Origin: Cenococcum geophilum | Taxonomy: Eukaryota | Direction of reading: 5' to 3' | Length of the DNA: 64,000 bases | Assembly (NCBI GenBank): GCA_050273025.1 | Contig: CP158635.1 | Span: forward strand, 14,818,001 to 14,882,000 | Shown here: positions 52,801 through 64,000 of the stretch, in pieces | Layout of the letters: each line of letters starts with the position of its first letter | How positions within the stretch are numbered: position 1 is the stretch's first letter | Notes under the pieces: generated by a model | Told to the model about the DNA's origin: nothing | Seen by the model: only the letters and a program-made list of their open reading frames with translations | Database searches by the model: none | Position numbers and translations under genes: made by a program

Positions 52801-54672
52801 AAGCCAACTTCAAAGAGAAAGCGACCAGCTATTAAAGGCGTCACTCCAAACGATGTGACCGACTTGACGCGGAAAACCGGAGATATTGCTGTGTACAAAT
52901 ATTATTTTAAATCCATAAGCAAGTTCGGCGCTGTATGTTTTCTCAGCTGCACGGCTCTCTTCGTATTTACGCAGTTTTTCCCTCAAATCTGGCTCGTGTG
53001 GTGGACCAAGGCAAATGGCCATGAAACAGGGAAGTTTGTCAGTGTCTATGTGATACTGGCTGTTGCTTCCTGGTTCTTCAGAGTCGGTTTGCTGGGTTGG
53101 ATACTCCTGTGGATTTCCCCAAGATCTTCTATCAAACTCCATCAAATACTACTGCAGACAGCTACCAGGGCCCCGCAATCGTTCTTCGCAAAGACCGATA
53201 CAGGAGTGACGTTGAATCGATTCAGCCAAGACCTTGGCCTAATGGACCGAATCTTGCCTCTATCATTTGGAAGAGTATTCCTTGCGGCTTTCACAATTAT
53301 CGCACAAGCAGCGCTTATAGCGCAAGGTTCCAGCTACATGGCAATCGCAATTCCTTTCATTACTCTGGCGTTTTACCTACTTCAAAAAGTCTATCTCCTG
53401 ACATCTCGACAACTCCGCTTCCTTGATTTGGAAGCCCGCAGTCCCGTCTACACTCATTTTCTAGAATGCTTGGAGGGGCTATCAACCATCCGTGCCTTTG
53501 GCTGGACTCAAATAGCACAAGAGATACAGATCGAGCGTCTCGACGTATCTCAACGGCCTTACTACTTGTTGTTTTGTCTGCAAAGATGGCTTGCTCTCGT
53601 CCTCGATCTCATGATTGCTGTGGTAGGTATTGTGGTTGTTGCACTAGCTGTGAGGGTGCCCGGCGCATCTAGTGGAGCAGCGATCGGCATTGCCCTCAAC
53701 AATGTCTTGGGGTTCAACCAGTCTCTCAGAGTTTTGGTAGAGAGCTGGACTCAACTCGAAACCTCTTTGGGTGCAATTGCGAGGCTGAAGAACTTTGAGG
53801 CTACAGTGGTTCCGGAGGACAAACCAGAAGAGTCCGGTGTGGCGCCCGAGTCGTGGCCGGATCAAGGGGCTATAGAGTTTCGAGATGTTACGGCTTCCTA
53901 TGGGTAAGAGATATCATAATGGCGCTGAGGAAATGCTAACCTTTACCTTAGACCGTCGGCGCCTGCCCTTCACAGCATCTCCATGACCATCGAGCCCGGT
54001 CAAAAGATTGGAATCTGCGGACGCACTGGAAGGTAAGCTAGCCTAAATCGAAGCCTGCTGCTCGAGCTTACTTTAGTGATATGGAACAGCGGCAAAAGCT
54101 CGCTCCTACTCACCCTCTTCCGCCTCCTCGAGCTCGACTCCGGCACCATCTTCATTGACGGCATCGACCTCCGCACCCTCCCCCGAGAGGTGATCCGTAC
54201 CCGCATGACTGCTATCCCGCAAGACCCCTTCGTGCTGAGCTCCTCGGTCCGCGCCAACGCCGACCCCGCCGGCGCCGCCACTGATGCTGCCATTATCGAT
54301 GCGCTCAACAAAGTCCAGCTATGGGACAGCATCCACGCGCGCGGCGGGTTGGACGCGCAGATGAAGACGCAGCCACTGTCTCATGGTCAGCAGCAGCTAT
54401 TTTGCCTTGCGAGGGCCATGCTGCGGGACAGCAGGATTCTGGTGCTTGATGAGGCGACGAGCAATGTGGATCAGGAAACGGACACGCTGATGCAGCGGAT
54501 TATTCGGAGGGAGTTTGCGCGGCATACGATCATTACGGTGGCTCATCGGCTCGATACAATTGCGGATGCGGATGTCGTGGCTGTGCTGAGTGAGGGGCGG
54601 TTGGTGGAGTTTGGGAAGCCGGAGGAGTTGCTGGCAAGGCAATCGAAGTTTAGGGAGTTGCATAATAGGTAG
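49831..54672 (+). CDS. ABCC/MRP-type full-length ABC transporter, multi-exon
   Basis: N-terminal FGP..C..GFDFTLLFEQ. NBD1 has GPVGSGKS, LSGGQKQR and LLDD. NBD2 has GRTG/SGKSS split by an intron, LSHGQQQ and LDEAT. GT-AG introns include 50071-50135 and 50668-50721. Confidence 0.95.
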
Positions 54673-56149
54673 GGCTTAGAGGCTATTGGGTGAGGGTTAG
54701 GGTTTGAGGGGAGATAGTGGTTGTAAGCTCATCGCTTCGGGCAGGGGTTTTTGCTGTTGAAGGTGCGTTGCGGAAGCAATCTTATAGCTGGTGTAGGTAG
54801 GGAGAAAATCGATCACAGCCGGCGGGAGTAGATAATTCCACATAGCTAGTCAAGGATTCTGTCAGCTACGGGTAAATCCAAGCGATAAGGGTCACTTGTT
54901 CGCCCTTCTCAATCTCGTTGGCTTAGTTGATACATGCTGCATCGACCCATAGTAGACGTAATTTGACTGCCCCGCTGAAACGTCTTCATGCTAGAGACAG
55001 ATCCGTCGTAATTTTTATGGCGACTTGAGATATAAAAAAAGTCTATGGAACTGCAGCCTCTCCCAATTGTGGAAATTGGTTCATAAGCGAATTGATCTTG
55101 TAAGCGACGCTCTGTAAGTGTAGCCTAAAAGCAACGGTTGGGAGGATGTGGGTTCAAGCCTGGGGGGTGAGACGGAGTCTGGATGGTTGAGCTTATTGAA
55201 AGGGTATATCGGAGGCACTTGAAATGAATCCTCAGAATCCTCCATAATTGTAATGCTATCGTGTCAACATCCTGAAGTTCTATCAGCGTAGGTGCGCTCT
55301 AGATCTGTTCTGAGCTGAAGCTGTGGCTTGCGTATATCTCAGTACCTTAGGTGTAAACTTGGTCACCAGCATTTGTCAAAGGTAAAGTTAACCTCCACCT
55401 CCACAACCTGATATGCTTTTCTCCTTACTTCAACTCTTACCGCCCGAGCTCTCATCCACAACCGGCCCAGATATCCATGAGGGATCATCAGCTAAGCCAT
55501 ATGGCGCCATCGGCACCTCGTGCAATTTATCTTGTCGCGCTAGCTAACCGAGCACATCAAGGGGCTGATCTCTCACATTACGCCTTTGTTATCCTTTAAC
55601 CCGCTGGCGTCCATGGAGTAAGTGGTCCGTGCAGAACACCCGAATCCAGGCAACGCGTACAGTCGATTACATTGATCTAATTGGCTAACTCTTATCGATA
55701 ATGAATGGACGAATTTCAGCGGGTTCAGGGATAAATAGAGCTTCTATTTCTATCAATCGCCTCGAGGAGGCTCTCACACCAAAGTATTAATACAATATGG
55801 TTAAATAGCCCCCATGCTTGAAGTTTTACGACCATTGGGCAGCGAATTTAGGCACTGATCGCTGGTTGAAGATGATTTCCACCAGAAGCGTTCTAGACAG
55901 CTGTGGCGTTTTCCTTGGCTATATAGATTCAATATTTCAACGCCGCTGGCGACTACTAGTTCTCCGGGCACTACGAGGGGATGGTATGCTCAGTCCTGTA
56001 GCGCGTGGTATCTCGCGGGAGGGAGGATATATATTCTGGGTTAGATATGACATATCAACCCTTTTCTTTTCACTTCCTTTCTTGCATCGCACAGCCTCAC
56101 CTTGCGCTTGTCACTCATTCAAGTCACTCGTTCAATCATTGCTGCTGCA

Positions 56150-58297
56150 ATGTTAGTTCATTTCTTCTCCCTTCTCTCTCTCCTCCCTCTTCTCTATACG
56201 CGCTCCGCTTTTGCGGCGACTACGCCACTCTGCCCTGCTGCCAACCAAACCTTGTATGTCTCCGGCTCACAGACCTACCGCATCGATTGCGGTATCAATT
56301 ATAACGCAGGAGATATGTCGTCACCTAACGGACAGACTGCTGTAACGATGCAATACTGTATAGCATCATGTACCGCACGGGCTGGATGCGTCGCTGTTAA
56401 CTACTCCTCTGGGCCTAAGGCTTGCTACCTGAAAAAGATCGTGGGAAAGGGCGCTTTGAGCAGTGGGATATGGGGAGCTATGATAGTTACGGACGGGACG
56501 GGAACAAGTTCAAGCTCTTTCATGATATCAAGCTCGGCATTGGCGCTGAGTTCGTCGGTTGCGCTGAGCTCGTCGGCAGGCATATCTACGACGCCGAGCT
56601 TGTCCAAGTTTCCAAGCTCCAGTGGGTCGTCAGTTCCTGCTGTGGTGTCGAGTTCTACTTCCACTTATACTACGTCTCTATCTTCCAGCCGCTCCTCCAC
56701 GGCGTCAAGTTCCTCCACGATGTCAAGTTCCTCTATCACGTCAAGCTCCGCCGCTTCCAGTAGCTCCTCGGTTTCATCAACATATACGACGTTTGGTGGT
56801 TCTTCCGTAGTCATGGGTTCCTCTTATTCATCCAGCAGCTACTCGACATCAACCCAAACCCTTTCGTCATCTCTTTCAGCCAGTGTATCAACGCCGTCAA
56901 GCTCGTTGAGCAGACTTCCATCTTCCAGCACGTCGTCTGCATCATCTTCTTCGAGCTTATTTTCGAGCACTAGCCCCGGCCTCTCCACTACCTCTACAAT
57001 CAATCTCTCCAGCACTTCGTTCAGCACTATTTATCTGTCCTCGAGTACTCCATCTCCCAGCAGTGTCTCATCCAGCATAAGTTCAAGTTATATAACGGTA
57101 ACATCTGTGGCTACCTCTTCGTCTCCATCCTGGGTTTCAACAACTAGTGCCTCAATCACCTCGTCAGCTAGCTTAGCTGCTACTCCACTCGCCTGCCCTG
57201 CAGCTAACGGAGGCATATTTCTGGCTGCTGCCAGCGGTGAAGCATTCCGCATGGAATGCGCGCTCGATCGTGCCGGCGGCGACATGGGCATGCAATACAC
57301 ATCTAGCATGGAAGCATGTATCAATCTCTGCGATATGACTAGTGGATGCATTGTTGTGTCGTGGGTTGCTTCAGGGGGAGCTTGCTACATGAAAAATTTG
57401 ATTGTTGGTGCAAGCACAAATTCTGGCGTCTGGGGGGCCATCCAGGTCAAAGCTGCAGCATCCTATGCTACCGCAACGAGCACAGCCACCAGCACTTCGG
57501 CAACCTCATTCGACTACACAATCCCAACAAGCAACGACCTGTACCCAAGCGTCAGAAAGCGCGGCCTCGCTTACAATGACGCCAGTCTCACGCAATTCTT
57601 CAACGGCTTCAAAGTGTCATGGGCATATAACTGGTACTCAGCACCTGTTGGCAGCACCAGCCACCCGAGCGACACACCCAGCCTCTCGCAGACCTTCGTG
57701 CCCATGCTATGGAGCGACACCAGTGACTTAACCTCCGTATGGGCTGCGAACGCGCAAGCCGCCCTCGATGCCGGCGCGGATCACCTACTCGCCTTTAATG
57801 AGCCTGACCAGTGCGGCGACGGGTTTGGGGGCAGCTGCATGGGTTCTCCCGCACACGCAGCCGCGTCCTACAAGACATGGATGCAGCCGTTCGCAGGCCG
57901 TGCTAAGCTGGGCGCGCCGGCCGTCACAAATGGCGGCTCGCCGATGGGGTTAACGTATCTAGAGTACTTCATCGGCAACTGCACGGGCTGCACCATTGAC
58001 TTCATCCCGATCCACTGGTACGACCAGTGGTGGAACGTCGACTATCTGTACTGGTACGTGCAGCAGGCGTATCAGGTGGGTGGGGGTAGGCCGATTTGGA
58101 TCACTGAATTTGCGCCGTGGGGCGCAGAGTGGCAGCAGTGGTGGTTTTTGAATCAGACGTTGCCGTGGCTGGATCAGTATGACGGTGTGGAGCGGTATGC
58201 TTATTTTGGAACGTTTGATGGTATGTTAATTAATGATAATGGGACGGGACTGTCGAGATTGGGCGAGCTCTATAATGAAAGGAGAAGTAGTTATTAA
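56150..58297 (+). CDS. Secreted protein: two PAN/Apple-like domains, a Ser/Thr-rich linker and a C-terminal GH128 beta-1,3-glucanase domain
   Basis: Hydrophobic signal peptide from ATG 56150 and two CP..N..C..GD..C...C....C..V....CY.K modules. GH128 motifs KRGLAY, WAYNW, FVPMLW, FNEPD, HWY and IWITEF. No introns. Confidence 0.9.
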   Translation: MLVHFFSLLSLLPLLYTRSAFAATTPLCPAANQTLYVSGSQTYRIDCGINYNAGDMSSPNGQTAVTMQYCIASCTARAGCVAVNYSSGPKACYLKKIVGKGALSSGIWGAMIVTDGTGTSSSSFMISSSALALSSSVALSSSAGISTTPSLSKFPSSSGSSVPAVVSSSTSTYTTSLSSSRSSTASSSSTMSSSSITSSSAASSSSSVSSTYTTFGGSSVVMGSSYSSSSYSTSTQTLSSSLSASVSTPSSSLSRLPSSSTSSASSSSSLFSSTSPGLSTTSTINLSSTSFSTIYLSSSTPSPSSVSSSISSSYITVTSVATSSSPSWVSTTSASITSSASLAATPLACPAANGGIFLAAASGEAFRMECALDRAGGDMGMQYTSSMEACINLCDMTSGCIVVSWVASGGACYMKNLIVGASTNSGVWGAIQVKAAASYATATSTATSTSATSFDYTIPTSNDLYPSVRKRGLAYNDASLTQFFNGFKVSWAYNWYSAPVGSTSHPSDTPSLSQTFVPMLWSDTSDLTSVWAANAQAALDAGADHLLAFNEPDQCGDGFGGSCMGSPAHAAASYKTWMQPFAGRAKLGAPAVTNGGSPMGLTYLEYFIGNCTGCTIDFIPIHWYDQWWNVDYLYWYVQQAYQVGGGRPIWITEFAPWGAEWQQWWFLNQTLPWLDQYDGVERYAYFGTFDGMLINDNGTGLSRLGELYNERRSSY

Positions 58298-58718
58298 TGC
58301 TTAAAATCCTTATGCGCCAACGTATCCAAATTAAAGCGCCTCTTTGCCGGTAATTCGCTTGAATTCTTTCTCTGTATGCTGCCAAATTTGCTCCACCATT
58401 CCCCTATTTACGGAATCAGCCAAGAGCTTTTCCACTTTGGGTCCTGAACTCTCTACATCCGAGCCTACGGAGTATACAATTCGTGTAGTCGTGACGGTCG
58501 CTGGAGGCTCCTGGAGTGCTGGTACCGTATGCTGAGTGTTGCCTTATGCAGCTCTTAATTAACAGTCTTGTACTCGTTGTCCCTGCAGATGTAATCGCAA
58601 GTCTTAGTGAGCGGGTTTCCCGTATCACCAAATTGAGGCTTGGCTTGTAATGAGTCTATCTAACTCTTTATTCAAGATATCTATCCAAAATTATCCTCCC
58701 ACCCATACCCATACTAGT

Positions 58719-60770
58719 TTACATTCTGAACACACCCCATCTCGTCTCCTTTTCCTCTGCTTGCCCTCCCATAGCCGCCCTCAACCCCATCCCAAGAACC
58801 GCTCGCGTATGCTCCGGCGGAATAACGCCATCATCCCACAACCTCGCTGATCCAAAAGTAGCCTCACTCTCGCGTTCGATACGCGCTTTGAGTGCCGGGT
58901 CGGCTGATTTCCCGACAGCCTCCATAACGGAAGAGAGCTGTTCAGGTCCCATAACAGATGTGCGGGCATTAGGCCACGTCCAGAGGAAGCGAGGGGAGTA
59001 GGCCCGGCCACTAAAAATGTTAGCATCTTTACATGTTCTTGACTGTGTCGGTGCAGTGGGTGGCAAAATCAAGAAGAACTAGTGAACATCCACTACTCAC
59101 CACATGCCATAATTTCCTGCTCCTGCACTTGATCCGAAAACAACGGTAAGCTTAGGCACCTCCGCACAGCTAACCGCTGTCACAAGCTTGGCTCCGTTCT
59201 TAGCAATGCCTCCCTTCTCGGCATCCGCGCCAACCATGAATCCCGAAATATTTTGTAGAAACACGAGCGGTATTTGCCGTTTTGCGCAGAGCTGGATGAA
59301 ATGTGCGCCCTTGAGAGAGCTCTCAGAGAACAAAATACCGTTATTGGCGATGATGCCGACACGATGGCCTTGAATGCTAGCAAAGCCAGTTACTAAGGTT
59401 TGGCCATAGCTGGGTTTAAATTCGGAGAAGACGCTCCCGTCGACTATGCGGGCAATTACTTCGTGGGCAGGGATCTGGCGGCGTAGGTTGGTGCCGACAA
59501 TGCCAGCGAGATCGGTAGGGTCATGTAACGGCTCTTTGTAGCTAGCAGAAGGGGAGGTAGAGGGGGGAGCCTGGCCTCGAATCCAATTAAGGTTGCTAAT
59601 GCTACGGCGGGCGAGGATAAGAGCATGGGCGTCATCTACGGCGAGGTAGTCGGTCACGCCTGAGATTTCGCTGTGTAGTTTACCGCCGCCGAGATCTTCG
59701 GCGCTGACAATTTCGCCTGTAGCAGCTTTCACGAGGGGTGGACCAGCAAGGAAAATATGGCCTTGCTCCGCAACGATTATAGATTCGTCGGACATGCTTG
59801 GGACATAGGCACCCCCAGCTGTGCAGGGTCCCATGACTACAGAGATTTGGGGTATGCCCATAGAAGACACTGAAAGGTGTTAAAAATAGTAGCGGGAGGA
59901 TTGGAAATTGGTTGTGAGGTATACGAACGTACTCCGAGCTTGGTTAAAGAAAATACGGCCGAAATGATCTCTGTCGGGGAAGACGTCGGCTTGATGTGGC
60001 AGATTGGCCCCTCCAGAATCGACGAGATATATGCATGGTAACCCTATTAATGTTACTAATGTATATCAATGAAGAAGACGACACTCGTACGGTTTTCCTG
60101 CGCTATGGCCTGCGCCCTTAGGTGCTTCTTCACGGTTATGGGATAGTATGTGCCACCCTTGACCCTATATCGTTCATTAGTTGATATATGGTAGAATGAC
60201 ACTACATATACCTACGTGCTATCATTTGCCACAATCATACAAGTTATACCTTCTACAGTCCCAATTCCCGTAATTATTCCTCCCGCAGGTACGTCTTCAC
60301 CAGGGTATACCTCGTAGCCTGCCAACTGTGACAGCTCGAGGAAGGATGTCCCAGGATCTATGAGCGCCGTGACTCGACTACAAGAATTAAGCAGTCAGCC
60401 TAGAGTTCTGGATACTCTCTACTATGCGATATTAGAAAGTTCCAACATACTCCCTCGGCAACATCTTCCCCCTCGCAATATGCTTGTCTCGCGCCTTCTG
60501 CGGCCCCCCCTGTGCTATTTTCGCATGCAATTCCGTCATGCGAGCCATCAGCTCATTCATCTGCTGTTTATTCTCCCTAAAATCCGGCGAGGAAGTGTCG
60601 ACGGCAGTCGGTAATATAGAAATGGCCGAGGCATGGTGGGTGTGTGTATGCGTTGCAACACTACGAATGCATTGTCGAGGGCGGACACACGGCGGTCGCC
60701 GTCTCGCCGTCAGTCTGGCTGAGCACCGGAATAAAGCGAGAAGCTCACGGGAGGGGATTGCTGAAGCCAT
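58719..60770 (-). CDS. mccB: 3-methylcrotonyl-CoA carboxylase beta subunit (mitochondrial), multi-exon
   Basis: Arg-rich presequence, [41 protein letters not shown] and SARLWDDG...WGVFRM. Confidence 0.95.
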
Positions 60771-61109
60771 GGGTGTGAGAATGGAATTGAAGAGAGCGGA
60801 GGATGGTGTTGATGTTCATGTCGATGCTTGGGCCGCTTCTCTGGGGTTGATTGAGCCGATGGCAGCCGACCGTGGGGAGAAGCTTCCGGTTTCATACCGG
60901 ATTGTTAAGTTACCCGAATACAGAGTACAGATTTCGAATTAGCTAATCATGTAGGAATGTTACTACTTTGCATTACAAGTCTGTTGCCGAAGCTCCTGAA
61001 GGTTGAATACTAAATCTGGTGAGTGTCTTTACTATTTAGTCCACCCCCCCCTACCACTTCCAACCTCTCCCAGTGTCCGATTATCTGCAATCTCAATTGT
61101 CTTTTTCAT

Positions 61110-61384
61110 CCTATGTATCTAATTCACTCTCTAAATCCCTGCTCATCAACGTCGTTGCCAACCAAGCTTTGCCTATTGCCTTAGCAAATGTCGGCTACAA
61201 GCACTACTCGCTGCTCATCTGCAAAAACATCGTGGGCGTCATTACCGTCTCCTTCCTGTTCCTGGAAGCCAAGGGGGAGAGTCTTGAGGAGATCGGCCGT
61301 ATCCCCGGGAAGGTTATTGTGCAAGATTTGGCGCCGGTGCAAGTGATGGTCGAGAGCGAGGCGGAACTGAAGAAGAAAAAGTAA
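61110..61384 (+). pseudogene. C-terminal relic of an MFS sugar transporter
   Basis: NQALPIALANVGYKHY...FLFLEAKGESLEEI resembles the sugar-porter P.AL.NIGWKYY...PETKG.SLEEI terminus. There is no room upstream for the rest of the gene. Confidence 0.65.
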
Positions 61385-62369
61385 TAAATCAGATGGTATT
61401 TGGGCGTGGAATATGTAGTCATGCGTGAATCCGGATTTGTATATACCACTGTCTGATCTTCTGGAATATGAAGAGGTAGATGGTGTAGAGAGGCCTGCTC
61501 TAGTAATTTTGACTGAAGCATCGCTAATTTAGCCATTTTTGTCGAACGTTGAGGTCACTGTCAGGTACCACCTTATGACTCACACCCTGTTTCTATTACC
61601 TATTACCGACTGAGTGGCAATGTCGACCTGGTGGCGATTAAGTAATAGCTCCAGAATCGTCGTTAGCGTCGTCGTCAGTCCTTTGCCCCGACCTCATGTA
61701 TATAGAGAGCTTCTAGAGCCAGCTTCAATCGACAGAGTTCTTATGAGTGACTTGTCCGTCCGACAATTTTCTCCCGCCTAAAATAGTGCGAACGTTCCTA
61801 AACTTCAAAATATTGAGACCCAAATTTTCACAAGGCGGACACTCACCACTTGCTATGAAATCAAGTTTTAAAGCAGGTCGGAAAACAGACCCACTACCCG
61901 ATCTATACTAGAATTTAGGTTTCGCAATAGGAGAATGACTGTATCTCTGAAAATTTCTATATTTAGTAGTATCGGAGGATTGGATCGTGTCCCGAAGATC
62001 AGGTCTAGGCGCCGAGCCAACCGTGCCCCTTGGCATCAAACCGGTTCTTCTGGGCGACGTCTTGGTCTTGACGACATCCGCTCTATATACCTTAAATTCA
62101 CTTCCGTTCATTTTCCGAAATTTGGGGCGCTAACAAGTGTTCCAAATTCAATGATTTGGCTCGCAAAAGACGTGTCCCAAGGCACAAAAGAGCTGAATAA
62201 ACTTTATTTTCATGCAGTCCGAGTATTGTCAACAAATCTCGAATATAAGTACAAGCTTCCCTCACCAAAAATCACAACAGGGAAATCCCAAACGTATTGT
62301 CGCTGATGAAATAATAGAACATGAACGCCTCAATCCTAAGGCCGGTATCGATATGAAATGAACGCTATC

Positions 62370-64000
62370 TCACGTAACCATGAACCACGCACCCCCTAAT
62401 ATCCCGCCGAGTACCAGGGTCGTCAAAATCCCCGCGCCGGCTCTATCGCCCGTCGTCACTGGGTTACCCTCCAGCGGGTTCTTCGTCTCACCATTACCTG
62501 TTCCCGCCGCCGGGTTACCCTTGCTGGTTCCTCCCGTCACGGCCGTCTTTGGGGACGCCACCTCCATGATCAGATTCGCTGATATGACGCTGAGTGCACT
62601 CATTTCCTGCCCGACGCCGGTGTTGCCGTCCGAGGTCGACTGGAACCAGCGCGAGCCGCACGCAGTCCCGGAAGCACCGCCATTACATTGCGCCGCAGCT
62701 GCCTTAGCCGAAGCGGCAAGTTTAGGCATAATACTCGAGGCCGTGTATGGCGCTATTTGCGCAGCGACGGCCATCCAACGTGACAGGTAAGCTTTGAAGG
62801 ACCACTGATCCGTGTCGCACTTTTGGTTTAGTTCGCAGGCGACTTCTACCATTACGTTACCTCCGTATTGGGAGGGGAAGAAAACGTCAGAGTTGTTTAG
62901 CAGGCCGGTAAGGCGCGTTTGCCAGATTGTAGAACCGTTGGTATAGTTGTACATCTATGAGAAAGTTAGCTAGTGAATGGGTAAATTGAGTGGTAGTGAT
63001 ACTCACATATGCAGCACCACCAATTAAGATACCGTAATTGTAAGACCATTGCATTTGGTCTGCGTCAGTGCAGTTCTGGAGAGAGTTGGAGCCATCATAG
63101 ACTTGGTATTGGTCTGTTAAAAGCGGAGACGCTGCAAGCCAATCGTACACTTTGTTCGCCCAGTCAGCGTAGGTCTGATTTCCAGTATATTTCGCAAGGC
63201 GGGCTGCTAGCTGGAAGAAGCCACCATTCGAAGCTGTATTCTTGTAGTCGTAGCCATTATTAAAGGTATAGATTTGCCAAGGTAGACCACCAGAACATAG
63301 GGTTATATCCCATCGTTGGGTCATCTGATTGAATATTGCTTGCGCAAGGGCAAGCCATTGCGGCTGGTCTGCAGGAGGATTAGGGAAGTTCAGCTCTGCA
63401 GCTGACATTACTGCGAAGCCCCAGAAGAGTTGATCGTCGTTGCCCTGTCAATGTGAGTAAGTCCCAATTGGATATGATATTGAAGAGCGTCTCACCTCGT
63501 CCTTGGACTGATTCGGAGGCATCTACAGTTTGTGTAAGCAGAGAATTTGCGTTCAGATTCGTTAGATCTTACATAATTGGCCTGAGGTCCCACTTGGAAC
63601 AGCAGTCCAGCGGTTACCAGGTCATTGTAAGTAGTATCGTTGGTATAATACCAGTATTCGATCATCTGTCCAAACATGGCACCGGCTTCCCACCAATAAT
63701 ACGGTGGGTATGTAAGTAATCCAGGGATACCGCTCAATATTGTACCACTTGCGTTTGTCGCGTAGTAGGCTATCATGTCATCCGCGATCGTCTTAGCGGC
63801 AGCCTTGATGGATGCTATGTGGATATATTGTTAGCTTAATCGCGCATGTGAGAGACAATTTGCGATGCCCTGTAATCGCAAGGACCGCTGCGAAAGGCAT
63901 ACAAGGTTGTGTGAGATCCAGCTCAACAGCTTCAGCGACAAAGGCATTCTGAGTAAAGAGGCTGACTGCTGTTAGCGCTCCAACGGCTCTCCGAAAGAAA
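62370..64000 (-). CDS. GH76 alpha-1,6-mannanase/transglycosidase (DFG5/DCW1-like), GPI-anchored; 5' end just outside the window
   Basis: [36 protein letters not shown] and SFKAYLSRW motifs, with C-terminal GPI signal [11 protein letters not shown]. Several introns. Confidence 0.93.

Noticed and set aside
54689..54712. GGGTTAGGG telomere-like sequence
   Set aside because: A single unit in a 3' UTR, not an array.
60360..60942. Plus-strand ORFs overlapping mccB
   Set aside because: They are antisense shadows of the mccB exon.
61908..62306. ORFs of 123 and 67 aa downstream of GH76
   Set aside because: No domain or compositional support; probably intergenic or UTR.

Overview
Filamentous-ascomycete (Pezizomycotina-type) genomic DNA with two sharply separated compartments. 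Positions 1-~48.5 kb are AT-rich and heavily mutated by RIP (CpA>TpA, TpG>TpA), so the ORF track misses almost everything there; I translated it by hand. It holds nested LTR retrotransposons: two Ty3/Gypsy chromoviruses, a Copia, and a GalEa-type Copia with intact LTRs and TSD. It also holds a Fot1/pogo-type MITE, a complete Ngaro tyrosine-recombinase retrotransposon and several tandem arrays. Less expected are RIP-killed genes for a DUF3435 (Starship captain-type) tyrosine recombinase, a SNF2-family ATPase, a 3x CCHC zinc-knuckle/Upf1-like helicase with a possible GW tail, and a Plavaka transposase. The two helicases and the transposase may belong to one large, possibly undescribed cargo-carrying DNA transposon. 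Positions ~49.6-64 kb are ordinary gene-rich DNA: an ABCC transporter, a PAN/Apple-GH128 glucanase, the methylcrotonyl-CoA carboxylase beta subunit, a GH76 (DFG5/DCW1-like) gene and transporter relics. Coordinates of RIP-degenerate genes are approximate, and no database searches were run.
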